From Pseudovirgaria hyperparasitica (lineage: Eukaryota): a stretch of 64,000 nt of DNA. A program made the translations under genes and the position numbers. Shown here piece by piece: positions 1 to 12,351 of the stretch. Position 1 is the stretch's first letter, and every line of letters starts with the position of its first letter. The stretch lies in NCBI GenBank assembly GCA_010093815.1, contig ML996567.1. One strand, written 5' to 3'. The notes below the pieces were generated by a model. That model ran no database searches and was not told the DNA's origin. It was given only the letters and a program-made list of their open reading frames with translations.

Positions 1-547
1 ACAGGCCATTACGACTTTGGCGAAGCATCGTAAAGCGGAGAGGTAGCCACAGCTTTATCATATTCATGTACTACGAAAGAGACGATTGATGTGTATAGGA
101 AGCCTGAGCCACATCCAATATATCAGATGTACCCAAAGATTACATGACAGATATCAGTATCATCAAACAAATGATGTGCGCTAGTTCTTATGTCACGATC
201 AAACAGGCCCCCAAAGATCATCATCTCTAGCCATATATAGTCCCTGACTTGTTCAGTAGTGATTACCTCACTTGCTGAACAATCATCAACCCTGCCACCA
301 AGCCTGCAGCCGTGGACACTAAAAACAGGGCTCACACTATGATTCAACGTCCATCCATCCTTCATTCCATGTATTAGGCAGGACGCCTGAGATACTTCAA
401 ATATGCGGTGTATCCCATCTCTTGCCTACCTTCCTATGTCTACCTACTACCTACCCCGCCATCTAGCTGTCTGGGTTTTCACTTCATTCTGTCATTCTTA
501 ACCTAAAGTTTCTACTCAACTTCATCCAGCTCAAAGTCAACATCGCC

Positions 548-1673
548 ATGTCTCCAACTGTACCCACCGTCGACTTCGGCAAATTTATCCATGGCAGCCC
601 ATCGGAGAAGAAAGAAGTTGCGGTGCAGATTGACGACGCATTCCGCAACATCGGCTTCGTCAAACTTACAAACCACAGTGTACCCAAGGACATGGTACAG
701 AAATGCTTCGACTGGGTGTGTTTCCTTCTCCTCTCGTTCATAATATCCCTATATCAAACCACCGCACTACGCACTAATCATTGTCACCCTCGAACCTTAA
801 TAAACCCTACACCACTTCTCACACCCTCTACTATCCCATCTCCATCTCCCTTTACTCACACCCACCTCGCCACAGTCCAAGACATTCTTCTCCCTACCCC
901 TCGAATCCAAAATGCTCTGCCCACACCCCCCAGGCGGCGCCCACCACCGCGGCTACTCCGCCCTCAGCACTGAACACTTAACCAGCATCCCGGACACCAA
1001 AGAATCCTACGAATCCGGAAACCCACTCGACGCCGCACAGCCCAACATCTGGCCTCCCGCCGACTTAATCCCAGGCTTCCAGCCCTTCATGGAGTCCTTC
1101 TTCACGTCCTGCGCGGCGTTCGTGCACATCTTGCTCACCGCGCTGTCGCTCGCCCTCGACATGGACTCCGACTTGAGCGCCACGCATAGTGAGAGTCTGT
1201 TCCAGCTGCGTCTGCTGCACTATCCCGCTGTGGCTAGGCGTGTGCTGCAGCGTAATGAGGCTACGCGGATTGGTGCGCATAGCGACTTTGGTACGCTGAC
1301 GCTGCTGTTTCAGGATGAGGTTGGTGGGCTGGAGGTTGAGTCTCCGCCTGGGTCGGGTACGTTTATTGGGGTTCCGGGAGCGCAGGGCGAGAGGGGCGAG
1401 AGTGTGTTGGTGAATGTGGGGGATCTGCTTGCGCGGTGGAGCAATGATCGGTGGAAGAGTACGGTGCACAGGGTCGGGGTGCCGCCCGTTGTGGAGGGGA
1501 GTGCGGAAGAAGACATGTGTGCGCCGCGATATTCGATACCATTTTTTGCTACGGCGAATGATGATACCGTGATCGAGGCGCTCCCGGGGTGTTGGAGTGA
1601 GAGCAACCCAAAGAAATACGAGAGTGTGACGGCAAGGGGATATGTGCAAATGAGTATGGCGGAGTTGTATTGA
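548..1673 (+). CDS. 2-oxoglutarate/Fe(II)-dependent dioxygenase (isopenicillin N synthase-like, DIOX_N + 2OG-FeII_Oxy), 2 exons
   Basis: N-terminal VPTVDF...AFRNIGFVKLTNHSV. Intron 716-875 (GTGTGT..CACAG) joins in frame to ORF 912..1673. Iron ligands AHSDFG (HxD) and STVHRV, and the 2OG-binding RYS motif, are present. Confidence 0.9.
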
Positions 1674-1917
1674 GATTATTTGTTGACAAGCGGAACGGAA
1701 AATATCGAAGGCTTGGACTCGACTTATCAAATCTCTCCTACATGAGATACGATGCCCATTCCCACTGGACTACTTCATGTCGAACAAGACCATGGATAGA
1801 AAACAAACATAACCATTCATCTTGTACAGACCGTGCCCTTATGTCAAAACGCCTTTCTACGCCTAGCCAGATGTGCACCCAAATGCGCCGTCGTAAGAAA
1901 TAATTCAGAAAGAGTTT

Positions 1918-3607
1918 TTATATCGAATCTCTGGACTTCTTCTTTTTCTTCTTCTCGATCTCCTCGCCACCCTCAGACTTTCTCTTCTTCTTCTTATCTT
2001 TCTTCTCTGACTTATCCTTCTTCTCTGACTTGTCCTTCTTCTTGCGGCGTTCCTGTTCAAGAGGACCAGATGTAACCCCGTCAACCATCTCGACATCCTC
2101 TACGCCGCCGGCTGTTGGGTCCTCAACGTTAATGTCCCCTAGAACTGCGTCCATTGCTTGTGCCTGCATCGAGTTAATTTTGTTCTTGGGTTCCAAGTCA
2201 AATTGAAGTTCTTACCATGACCAACGAGTTCTTGATAGGTGCCTTTCCAGTAGTATAGAACTCCATGCGGTCCTCTACCTGTGCCTTCAGGGCTTCTCCG
2301 AACTTAGAGCTAGGAAACTCAGAGAAGTTATCGATACGCGAAGCCATTGCGCACTTGTTGGCAATGTATCTCGAGATCCGACCCTTGTTTTTGGTGCCAG
2401 TTCGGCCGATGAATGAAGAGTGGTAAATGATACCGTACTTGGGGGTGTTGCCCTTGGTCTTGAGGGCGCGGAAAAGAGCCTTCTCGGCACCAAGAATTTG
2501 TACGGTTGAGGCAGGCATCTTCGACAGATTCGTCAAACTTCCGGCCTTGGAGATCAGACGGGCACCGATGATCTCACCCATAAGTGCCTTTAAGTTTGGT
2601 GCAACGATGCCCATCTTCTTGCCAAGATACAGAGCTAGTCTCTTGCGGTATGCATAGAGCTTGACGGCGCGGTTCGCAAACAGCATGAGGTGTTCCATAT
2701 CACCCTCTGACAGATCCCGACCCATGCTCACGCGTGCGGCGTTGATGATATCGGTAGCAATGGATTCGTCATCGTTCACTTGAGCTGCAAGCTCATGAAG
2801 ACTGTCCATTGAAAGAGTCGACTTGTTACCAATATGTAAGACAAGCTGGGCGTAGGCCTGGTTCTCCGAAACGATCCTGATTAATTCAGGAAAGTGCCAT
2901 CCGTACCACTCGCGAACTCGCATGCCGAAAGTGTTACATGCTTTGTCGAGCTGATCCAGAGTCGCAATCGCTTGCATAATGTGGTTATCGTTCTTCTGTA
3001 CGCTGAACTTCACTTTGGCTCTCGAGTACGCGTGGCCGAGACCGAGTTGCGAGCGCTCGAGATCCCCCTCATTCAGCTTCTTGACCAGCTTCGATCCGTG
3101 CTCACGAGCTCCACGGAGCAGATCCGCAACAACTTCACTGGTATCCGCAGTTTCGCAGTTGACTCCGGGGAATTCTTCCTTGATACTTCCAGCCAGTGTC
3201 TTGTCGAGCAGGCCCAAGGTGATCTTGTTCTTCTTGCCCGCCTTTGGGAGTGCACTTTCCAAAGTAGCCTTGAGGTAGTCGGACAATATTCCCTCAGATA
3301 AGACGTTTTGATTTTCGAGGGCATGCTGGGTGCTCTGGAACGGAACAAAAGTGACGAGCTCAACCAGTTTTCCTACAATACTGTCAACTCGCGCTCGCAA
3401 CGGGCGAAAGATTATTGTCGACAGACATACCGAACTTGGCAAGATCAGTAACACTCTTCTGGACTTCCTTCAACCGAGAGCCAATGGTGTCGGGCTGCAT
3501 CACAACCTTGTACACCTAGATGTTGTTAGCTATGCGCGCAGTCGCACGTATGTGAAACATACCGAGAAGCCCACGGCCGAGTCATCGAGAATGTAGTTGA
3601 CAGACAT
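1918..3607 (-). CDS. NOP56: Box C/D snoRNP protein Nop56 (Sik1), 4 exons
   Basis: Motifs GLGHAYSRAKVKF, MRVREWYGWHFPEL, STVQILGAEKALFRALKTKGNTPKYG and KGRISRYIANK. The last exon encodes a KKD/E tail. Start ATG at 3607 (MSVNYILDDSAVGFS). Introns near 3517-3562, 3373-3430 and ~2164-2215. Confidence 0.95.
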
Positions 3608-3927
3608 ATCAGGTCTGCGGTTTGGTAAAGGTTCTTAAGACGATAAGTGGTGCGTTGCACCTATGCAGGAGTTGTTGTCTGGCGCAATGATATGGGAGCT
3701 CTATTTTTTTCAAGATGCCCACGCCGAAAATATGAAGCAAAAAGCTCAGGCGTTAGCGTCTTGGCACGGTCCCTCTCCGGCGTGGGAGGAGCATCATGAA
3801 AATATCAGAGACGCGACCAGGCAGTCAGTGTCGGTAGAAGCTCGCCAACTCCACGATTCACAGCGTAATTGGGCTGTATCTGGTTTTAATATCCTAAAGT
3901 TGAACCGTTGAACACACAATATTCAAC

Positions 3928-5700
3928 ATGTCTGCAGCACAACTTCTCAACCCAAAGGCCGAGTCAAGGGTATGTTGACTTGCACGAGAGCTCGATGTAG
4001 CATGTACTGACAAGCTGGCAGCGGCGCGGTGAAGCTTTGTCGGTCAACATATCCGCCGGAGAGGGTCTGCAAGGAGTATGTGCAGTTTCATAGAATTTAT
4101 GCGACCACTACTAATACAGCAGTCAGGTCCTGGCGTCAAATTTAGGACCGCGAGGAACCTTAAAGATGCTCGTGGATGGGTCAGGTCAAATCAAGCTCAC
4201 AAAAGATGGAAGTGTACTTTTGAAAGAGATGCAGATACAAAATCCCACAGCGGTATGTCCCTTGGCCGTTTGAATCCACATCCAGCTACTGAACGTATGA
4301 AGGTCATGATCGCAAGAGCAGCAACCGCGCAAGACGAGATTACGGGTGATGGCACAACATCATGTGTGCTTATGATTGGAGAACTGCTCAAACAGGCGAA
4401 TCGGTACATATCAGAAGGACTGCATCCCCGCGTTATAACAGACGGTTTCGAACTGGCCAAGACCGAAGCGCTCAAATTCCTTGATGGATTCAAGCTTGAG
4501 AAAGAGGTAGATCGCGAGCTCTTGCTTTCAGTAGCAAGAACATCTCTGTCAACGAAGCTCAACAGCACCCTCGCCGAACAACTCACGCCAGATATTGTGG
4601 ATGCAGTGCTGGCAATTTATAACGGAGAGGCAAAGCCGGATTTACACATGATCGAGATCATGACCATGCAACATCGCACTGCTGCTGATACCCAACTGAT
4701 ACGCGGTCTTGCTCTGGACCACGGAGCGCGCCACCCCGACATGCCGAAAGATGTGAAGAACGCTCACATCCTAACTCTCAACGTCAGTTTAGAGTACGAG
4801 AAGTCTGAGATCAATTCTGGCTTTTACTATTCCAGCGCACAACAACGCGAGAAGCTCGTCGAGAGTGAACGCCGTTTCGTCGACGACAAACTCCGCAAGA
4901 TCGTCGAGCTCAAAAAAGAAGTGTGCGGCACTGATCCCTCCAAGGGCTTTGTGATCGTCAACCAGAAAGGTATCGACCCCTTGAGTCTTGACGTGCTTGT
5001 CAAGAATGGCATCTTCGCGCTTCGTCGCGCCAAGCGCCGTAACATGGAGCGTCTCCAACTCGTCTGTGGTGGCACGGCACAAAACAGCGTCGAGGACCTC
5101 AGTCCTGAGGTTCTTGGCTGGGCAGGCCACGTGTACGAGCACCAACTCGGAGAGGAGAAGTACACGTTCATCGAAGACGTCAAGGAAGCGAAATCTGTGA
5201 CTCTCCTGATCAAGGGTCCGAACGCACACACAATCACCCAGATCAAAGACGCCGTCCGCGATGGCCTGCGCTCAGTGTACAACATGATTGTCGACAAGTC
5301 CGTTGTGCCTGGCGGAGGTGCATTCCAAATCGCATGTGCAGCCCATCTCACCTCCGAAGCCTTCCGCAAGAGTGTCAAGGGCAAGGCAAAATGGGGCGTC
5401 GACGCATTCGCCGATGCCCTCCTCGTCATCCCCAAGACCCTGGCCGCGAATTCCGGCCACGATATCCAGGACGCCATTGCAGATCTGCAGGATGAGCATG
5501 CCGAGGGCAACACGGTGGGCTTGAACCTGACGACGGGCGACCCGATGGATCCCACACAAGAGGGTGTGTATGACTCGTTCCGCGTGCTGAGGAATTGCGT
5601 CGCAAGCAGTACAGGCATCGCGAGCAATCTGCTGCTCTGTGACGAGATGTTGAAGGCTAGGCAGATGGGCCGTGAAACTGGGCCTGGAGGTCCTGAGTAG
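3928..5700 (+). CDS. CCT6: T-complex protein 1 subunit zeta (chaperonin CCT6), 4 exons
   Basis: [13 protein letters not shown] start, [50 protein letters not shown]. Three short 5' introns with GTATGT donors. Confidence 0.96.
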
Positions 5701-6348
5701 AGTAGCTTATACACTCACGTACTGAGGAATACGAGATTTGAATGATATCACGTATCAGATGTCAGTGTAATATTGGTGGTACAAAGACACTGTATACTGC
5801 CGTCCGCAAGGCATAGTGATTTTTTGTACTGCCTGCCACTCGCCAACTACACATACATACTGATCTACTCGCTTGCGCATTGCTCACTTTCATCGATCTA
5901 TGGGCAGGCAGGTAAAGCAGCGACGAACATCAGTCACCAAAATGCGCACGCCTATATATACCATACAACTACATACCCAAAAGCGCTCGCAAGGGACGCT
6001 CTTCTCATTCCAGATGATGCATACCCAGTCTCCGTTCCCCACTGCCATATCACAGTTCCTTTCCAAAGACAAGAGTCTCCACAGTTAAGACTGTTCTACG
6101 ATGATTGTGACATGTCGCGATCTATCTACTTATACAACCTATGAGATACTCGAAGGAGGCCAAAACAATTGTGCACGTGAAGAACTGTTGGAGACGCAAG
6201 GAGATCTAGGATTTTTCGCAATGCCCACTTCTAAGTAAACTGCCACACTCATTGTCTACTTTTGCATCACCATCTACGTGAACTGCTGCGCAGTTACAGC
6301 ATATAATTACAGTCCCATCTATCCTCCCGCAAGCCTCACATCTACCAT

Positions 6349-7277
6349 CTACCTCCCCTTCTTGACCCACCCTTCCACCGCACCCCTCGCCTCACCAACC
6401 TTCTCCTCCACCATCCCCACCGTCATCTGACTATGCGCCTTACCCGTCTCCCACACGCGCTCTACGCGCTCCTTGACCTGCACATGCCGCCTCGCCAACT
6501 CCGGGTATTTCTCCTCCCAGCTCCACACCAAATCGCCCACATTACGCATCGTCAGCGGCAGAATCGTATACGCAGCACCCAAGCCCACCGCAGCTGGGAC
6601 ACTGAAGCGAAGCAGGATATTTCTGTTCCGGCTGACGATGCTGCCCGCCATGGCCGCCACAAGCACGTAGATGCTGCCGGGCAGGAGGCGTTCGCCCGAG
6701 CCCTTGGGCGGCGCGAGCGAGGCGATTGTGCCTGCGACGCTGCGCTCCGTGTTCATGGCAGAGCTCAGCGCGTCGTCGAGGGCGTCTTCGGTGCGTTGTG
6801 CGGAGGCGTGGGCTGCGAGGCGGGCGCGGCGGATCTGGGATGCGAGGCGGTCGGTAGGCGTGGGCGCGGTGCGGGCTGTGGGAGCGGTTTTGGGTGTATC
6901 CGGGGTGTTTACGGCGGGTGCTGCGGCCACGGCGGCGGGTGAGGGGATGGAAAGGGGGAGATCGTCGTAGATGGGTTTGCGGGATATCTGTTCGGGGATG
7001 GTCAGTTGATGTATCTTTTTTGGGCGTGATGTAGTAGTCGGGGACATACGTCTGATGACTCCGAGCTGGGGTGCTCTTCGGCGTAGAGTTCACGAGATGG
7101 CATCGCCCAAGTGGTCATTGTAATTGCCGTTCCAGTTGCGAGCGCGCTGGTGAGGAGCAGGGCCTGGGAAGTGATGTTAAAGTCAATTGAATGGGCTGGG
7201 CGGATGTCGAAGGGTCATACGTTTTGTTTGCTGATACGAGAGGCGTGGAGCTGCCTCATAGCGTATCGAGAAGCCAT
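6349..7277 (-). CDS. MIC26: MICOS complex subunit Mic26/Mic27 (apolipoprotein O family), 3 exons
   Basis: Motifs RKPIYDD, TPTDRLA, E-LLPGSIYVLVAAMAGSIVSRNRNILLR and LPLTMRNVGDLVW. The Arg/Ser-rich N-terminus MASRYAMRQLHASR starts at ATG 7277. Confidence 0.85.
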
Positions 7278-7812
7278 GACTTGAGGGTGGTATTGGGTAG
7301 ATGTCGATGGTGAAGCTCAGACAGAGGTCAAAAAGTGAGGTTCCGACGAAGTTGGTAGAGCTTCACAAAAGCTTGGCATTCGCCTTTTCACACCTCGGAT
7401 TCAAGTGACAGGATATGTATGGGAAAGATATGTACCAGACTGCGCACTCTCAGCTAACTTCCCGATTTCATAATTTCGATTACAAGTTTACTGAGACAAT
7501 TCTGTAATGATTCTTCATCTTGGATAATCACCAGTGCATACAGTGATTTCAGATGCCAAGTATATTGCCGCCCAACTAGGAGCAGAATCGGGTATTCTCC
7601 AATACATTATCCAACAAACTCCTACCTCGCGATATATCTCGTGGTTCTCGTCACTCCGAGCGCAGCCTATGCTCCTATTTCCAACCGCTAAAAAACCAAG
7701 CCCCAATCCCAAAGCTTACGCTATGCAAAACGCACTCCTGCAGTCGCTCCATATGCTATACATGCCCACCCTAATGATAAGCGATCCACTGTTCGAAAAA
7801 AGTAGTTCGCGC

Positions 7813-10517
7813 TCACATTAATATCTTGAAACTCGTTAGTATATCGAGGACGGTTAGGTATAGTACGATGTAACTCACGCAATCACCCTGCTCCTTCGTC
7901 TTTGGAACACCCATTTCATCGAATGTCTTCGGTCCCTTACCAGAGCCAGCACCACCACCACCACCACCAGATGGAGCAGCAGGCTTGCTCGGAGGTGCTT
8001 GTGTCGGTGGATTCCCGCCTGGTGAAGGCTTTCCACTGATCGGCGTCTGCGGTCCATTCTGTTGTCTACCCGGCTGAGGCCTTGTTTGTGCTCCAGGTGG
8101 TTTAACAGAATCTTTCCGCGGTGGTGGCGCACCCGATGAAGTATGAGGGGACATATGCCCAGTATCAGATCGATTAGGCGCTGGGCCAGGACGCGCAGAT
8201 GGAGGACGGTCGCCAGGTCTTTGAAAGCCGTTGCCGTTAGGGCGCTGCTGTTGTTTGCTCTCAAGCGGCGCCTGATAGCCAATGTCTAGAGGCGGTAGGT
8301 CAGACTTTGGCGGCCCTTGATTTGGCCCTGGTCCTGGTCCTGGTCCACCCCTACCCGGAGGCCCCCCGCCTGGTCGAGGGCCTGGTCCCCCGTAACCACC
8401 AAACTGAGGACCATTAGACATACGATCGTTTGGAGGCCGACCTCCTCGTCCCCCGCCATAGTCCATTGCCGTATTCGGCCGCATTGGTATTTGTTGGCGG
8501 CCCCCAGCCGGTGGTGGGCCACTCTGCTGGTATATATTTGGGTTGACCTGGAATGCCGAACCTGGTCTTTTGACTGGAGCAGGTGCTGCAGATTGCGAGC
8601 GGAAGTCAGGATTAAGGTGGCCTCCCAGACCTGGACCTGGACGGTCACCACCTGCTGAAGGCAGATCAGCAAGTGGATACGGAGCGGTTGTAGCGGGACG
8701 GTCGAATGGTGCCACCACAGGAGGTCTGTCAGTCATGGGATACGGGGTTGTGGAAGATCCTCGTTCTGGAAATCGTTTTTGGTTATTACTGTAGTCGGTG
8801 GGGGTATTTTCGCCCACAGGGGGTAACGTAGATTCTTTCTGCTTGAAACGATCCGGCCGCTGACCTCTCTTTGATCCGTATTGGGATTTTATCATGTTGA
8901 TAGCGACATCCTCGTGATCCTTCTTCGACAGTGTCCGAGACTTCGAGATGCCCTCGATCCGACCCTCTGCATCTTTGTTTCCACTGTTGGCGGCCTTTTC
9001 ATACCACTCGAGGGCTTTGTCAATGTTGACTGGTACATGCATGCCGATCTCATTAAAGTAGCCCATCGCAAATTCAGCCGTAGCTAAGCCGCCCTGGGCA
9101 GCTCGCTGAGCGTGCACATAGGCTAGCTCCTCGTTCTTCGGGAACATGCCTTCATATCCGCAGAGGAACCATTTGCTAATGGCCATGTCGCCTTCTAGCT
9201 CACCCTGGCGGGCCGCGAGTGCGTTGTAGTGAAGCGACAGTTTAGGGCTGAATTCGCAGCCTAAAGTACAAAGCTCATATGCTGATCCCATCTTCAGCTG
9301 GGCTTTTGAGAACCCGAGGAAGGCTGCTCTCTCAATGTTGATCCGCGCCTCCTTCTCGTTGTAAGGTAGGATGACCTCTGGTATCTGGATCTGAGGCAGC
9401 TCTCGAGCCAGAAGCATGCCGAGCACATATGCACCTTGAGGAGCATTCTCATCAGCATCGGCAGCAGCTTGTCTGATCAGCTGAAGACCTCTCGCGAAAT
9501 CCTGTGGTTGACTGTGCTGGCCTAGAAGAGTCATCATGCCAAGTCGGTAGTTGGACGCTGAATCTCCCATTTCTGAGCCCCGCTTATAATGCTGGAGAGC
9601 TTTGACGGCGTCGTTTGACTGTTCGAATTGTGTACCAATCCGATACTCTGCTCTCCAGTAGCCCTTGTCGGCTGCGCGAGAATAGCTTCGAAATGCCTCT
9701 CTTTTGTCCACCCTCAGCCCAAACTTTCCAAATTCCAACCACACACCCCTCAGAAATGATGCTTTGGGATGGTGCTGATCCGCAAGAAAATTTACAATGC
9801 TCATAGCATCCACGCGAAGTTGGTGTTCCACAGCTGGTGTCACCGGTCTCGCAGGTTGAGTTGCAGACACTCTCTCCTCATGTACCATAGCGGCTTCCAC
9901 ATAGGCCAAAGCATCTTGAGCCCATGCCAACTGCATTTCGGGGTCATTCGAGTTCAGCACATGCAGTCTCGCAGAGTCCAGGATCGATTCTTTCTCTTCA
10001 TCTGAAGGTGGCACCTGCGGAGGCCTGTTCTCGAGACGTGGAAAGGCAGAGAAGTTTGGTATGTCTGGTATGTCTGCCATGTTGCGATAGTCATGACTGA
10101 GCTGTGAAGGAGCTTGCATGGGAGAGGTACGTGTAGTTTGAAGACTCGCTTGCCGTGGAGGATATGTTGTGCTCGGCGGAGGAGATTGTTGGTCATGATA
10201 TGGGCTCTGACCTTGGTGGTATTGATTGGGGTGAGAGAAATTTACGGGAGGAGGGTTGGTCTGACGCGGAGACTGGTTGGCGTCGAGCTCAAGGCGCGCA
10301 ATGTTGTATTGCATCTGCTCAGGCACCTCTGGCATGATTCTATAGGAAGGCATCAATATAGCGGCCATGATAAGAGGGTTTTGGGTGGAGGGGCACACCG
10401 TTGAGGAGCAGGAGAGACGAGCTCAGGAGATCCAACAGGCATATAATAGTCGTCTATGCCACCAGGAACAAAGGTGGCCCCCAGCTGGGGCCTCTGGTGA
10501 TTCGGTTGGTAGGACAT
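7813..10517 (-). CDS. SEL1-repeat chitin synthase activator (Skt5/Chs4-like) with C-terminal CaaX box
   Basis: Multiple SEL1 repeats (AEFAMGYFNEIG, ALEWYEKAA) and DPEMQLAWAQDAL. A Pro/Gly-rich tail ends GPKTFDEMGVP...GDC|ILM* after splicing intron 7825-7878. Exon 1 begins MSYQPNHQRPQLGATFVPGG. Confidence 0.85.
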
Positions 10518-12351
10518 GACTGGCGAGCTATTATGGTGGAGCTGCAAAGACAATTATGCCACAATCAGCCTTTTCGGGCGCAGGAATGCGACGGAGCTGG
10601 AAGCTTGGGCCGGGGTCAGCAAGGGAGTGCTTATTCGGCATAGAGAAAAGACGAAGAAGCAAAGAAAGACCAGGGCGTTTTACGCAGACGCGACGCGGGA
10701 AGAGAGCGTATAATATTATGGATATGGCAGAGTGAAGATGAAGTGGGAGGCAGAGTGTAGCGTGTGGTCATGCAGATGGTTTGGTCGATCTAATGCTGGC
10801 CTCGTCCTTCGAAAGGTGGCGGAATGGCTCGGCAGGTCAGTAATAAAGCAGTAATTAGGGCAGCAGCGACCGACCCAGGCGGGCGCGTGTAAAGTGGCAG
10901 CAATGATCTCTCACTGCGCTCCACCCACCTTCTGCACACCCCCCCTCCCCCTCCCCCTACACAGCATGATGTCGTAGGTAGGCCGGGTATGCAAGCTAAT
11001 TAGGTATAATTATACTATGGTCTGTTCTTCTAAACCAAGCTTCTTCTCCAGTTAACGAGTCCAGTATTCATTTCCTGATGCTTTCCCATTGGCTTCACCA
11101 TCTACCGCAACCTCTTCTCGACTCTATTCGCACCGTCACCGTTACCCTCCCGTGAAGAATACGGATACGTGTGTCCTCCTCGTATAACAGTCGAGCCTGA
11201 CGCCACTTTGTGCGTGGTCACTCAGCCTCCGCATGGCTGGGCCTTGGGCGGTCCGTCCAAACTCTCGACAGGTGAGGCTGAGTGCGCACTGTGTGTTTCA
11301 CAGAGCAGTGTCAGGGAGATACTCAGTGAAACACGACTGCATTTTTCTTGTGCGCTTGCCAGCGGTTGATCATTATAACGTTGGTTGCAGTCGAGCAGCA
11401 AACCCGCCTAAACTTGAGGTACCAGGGTTTCATACAACAACAGCATCGCCGTCCGCGGCTCAGTTGTCTGAGTATCAAGCACACAGATTGGTCAATGATT
11501 CGTCCATCGCCGCAAGCAGTCTGGAGATTTGAACCTCGAGCTAAGCGCCATGTTCATGCATAATGACTTACATACCGCTACTAGCATTATTCACGTCGTG
11601 CTTCCAAAAATAAACCACCAATGTTCAGTGTGCCTTATATGTACTTACGCCATAGGAAAGATGGAATGGATGATAGCCCGCGTTTCCAAATAGACAGATA
11701 TCCTGTTACAGTATTCCTTGTTGTTTTATGAGTCCACGCTGTGCTGTATGTATTGATTTGCACAGGTCTCGTTCGAATCATCAGACTGCATCCATGCTTT
11801 AAAGGTTGTGAGTAATAGAGCATATGCGTGTATGCCGATGCCTACTTTGACACAAAAATAAATAATTGACTCTCAGTGTGAATCAAGTCGCGTCCAGTTT
11901 GACGATCCAAGACGTGTTCCGATCATACCGGAGCTTCTCCTTACCTGACAGGTCGTGATATCGACAACATCATTTGGTGAAAAGCCACATACCAGCCGCT
12001 ATATGTGTCGACAAAGATGCTTGCAAGAGATCGATTCGACGACCTGAAATCTAAGGCACAGGTAGATATACAGAACGGAAAACCACTTTACGCGAGGGCC
12101 CCCACCGACGCGTCCAAACAAGACGCGCCTGCTGTTCCTGTTCCGCTGCTGCTTCGAGGGTCCAAACACCTCCAACCAGTTTTGGCTCAAAGCTCCTTTC
12201 GTCTCCTCCCCAACCTTCCTTTCTTTCTTTTTCCACCTCAACACCATAATCAGTCTCTTGGAAAACTTCATTCAGCTTTGCAACAGCTTCTACCCACTAA
12301 GCATCATATCGCATTTATCTCGAACAGTCAATCCTCCATCATCTCGCAAAT

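Noticed and set aside
123..365. 80-aa minus-strand ORF at the window start
   Set aside because: No recognisable domain or supporting splice structure.
4827..5714. 295-aa antisense ORF over CCT6 (similarly 25674..26648, 1065..1730 and 33353..34018)
   Set aside because: These are shadow ORFs produced by codon bias or GC-richness of the real gene on the opposite strand, with no recognisable motifs.
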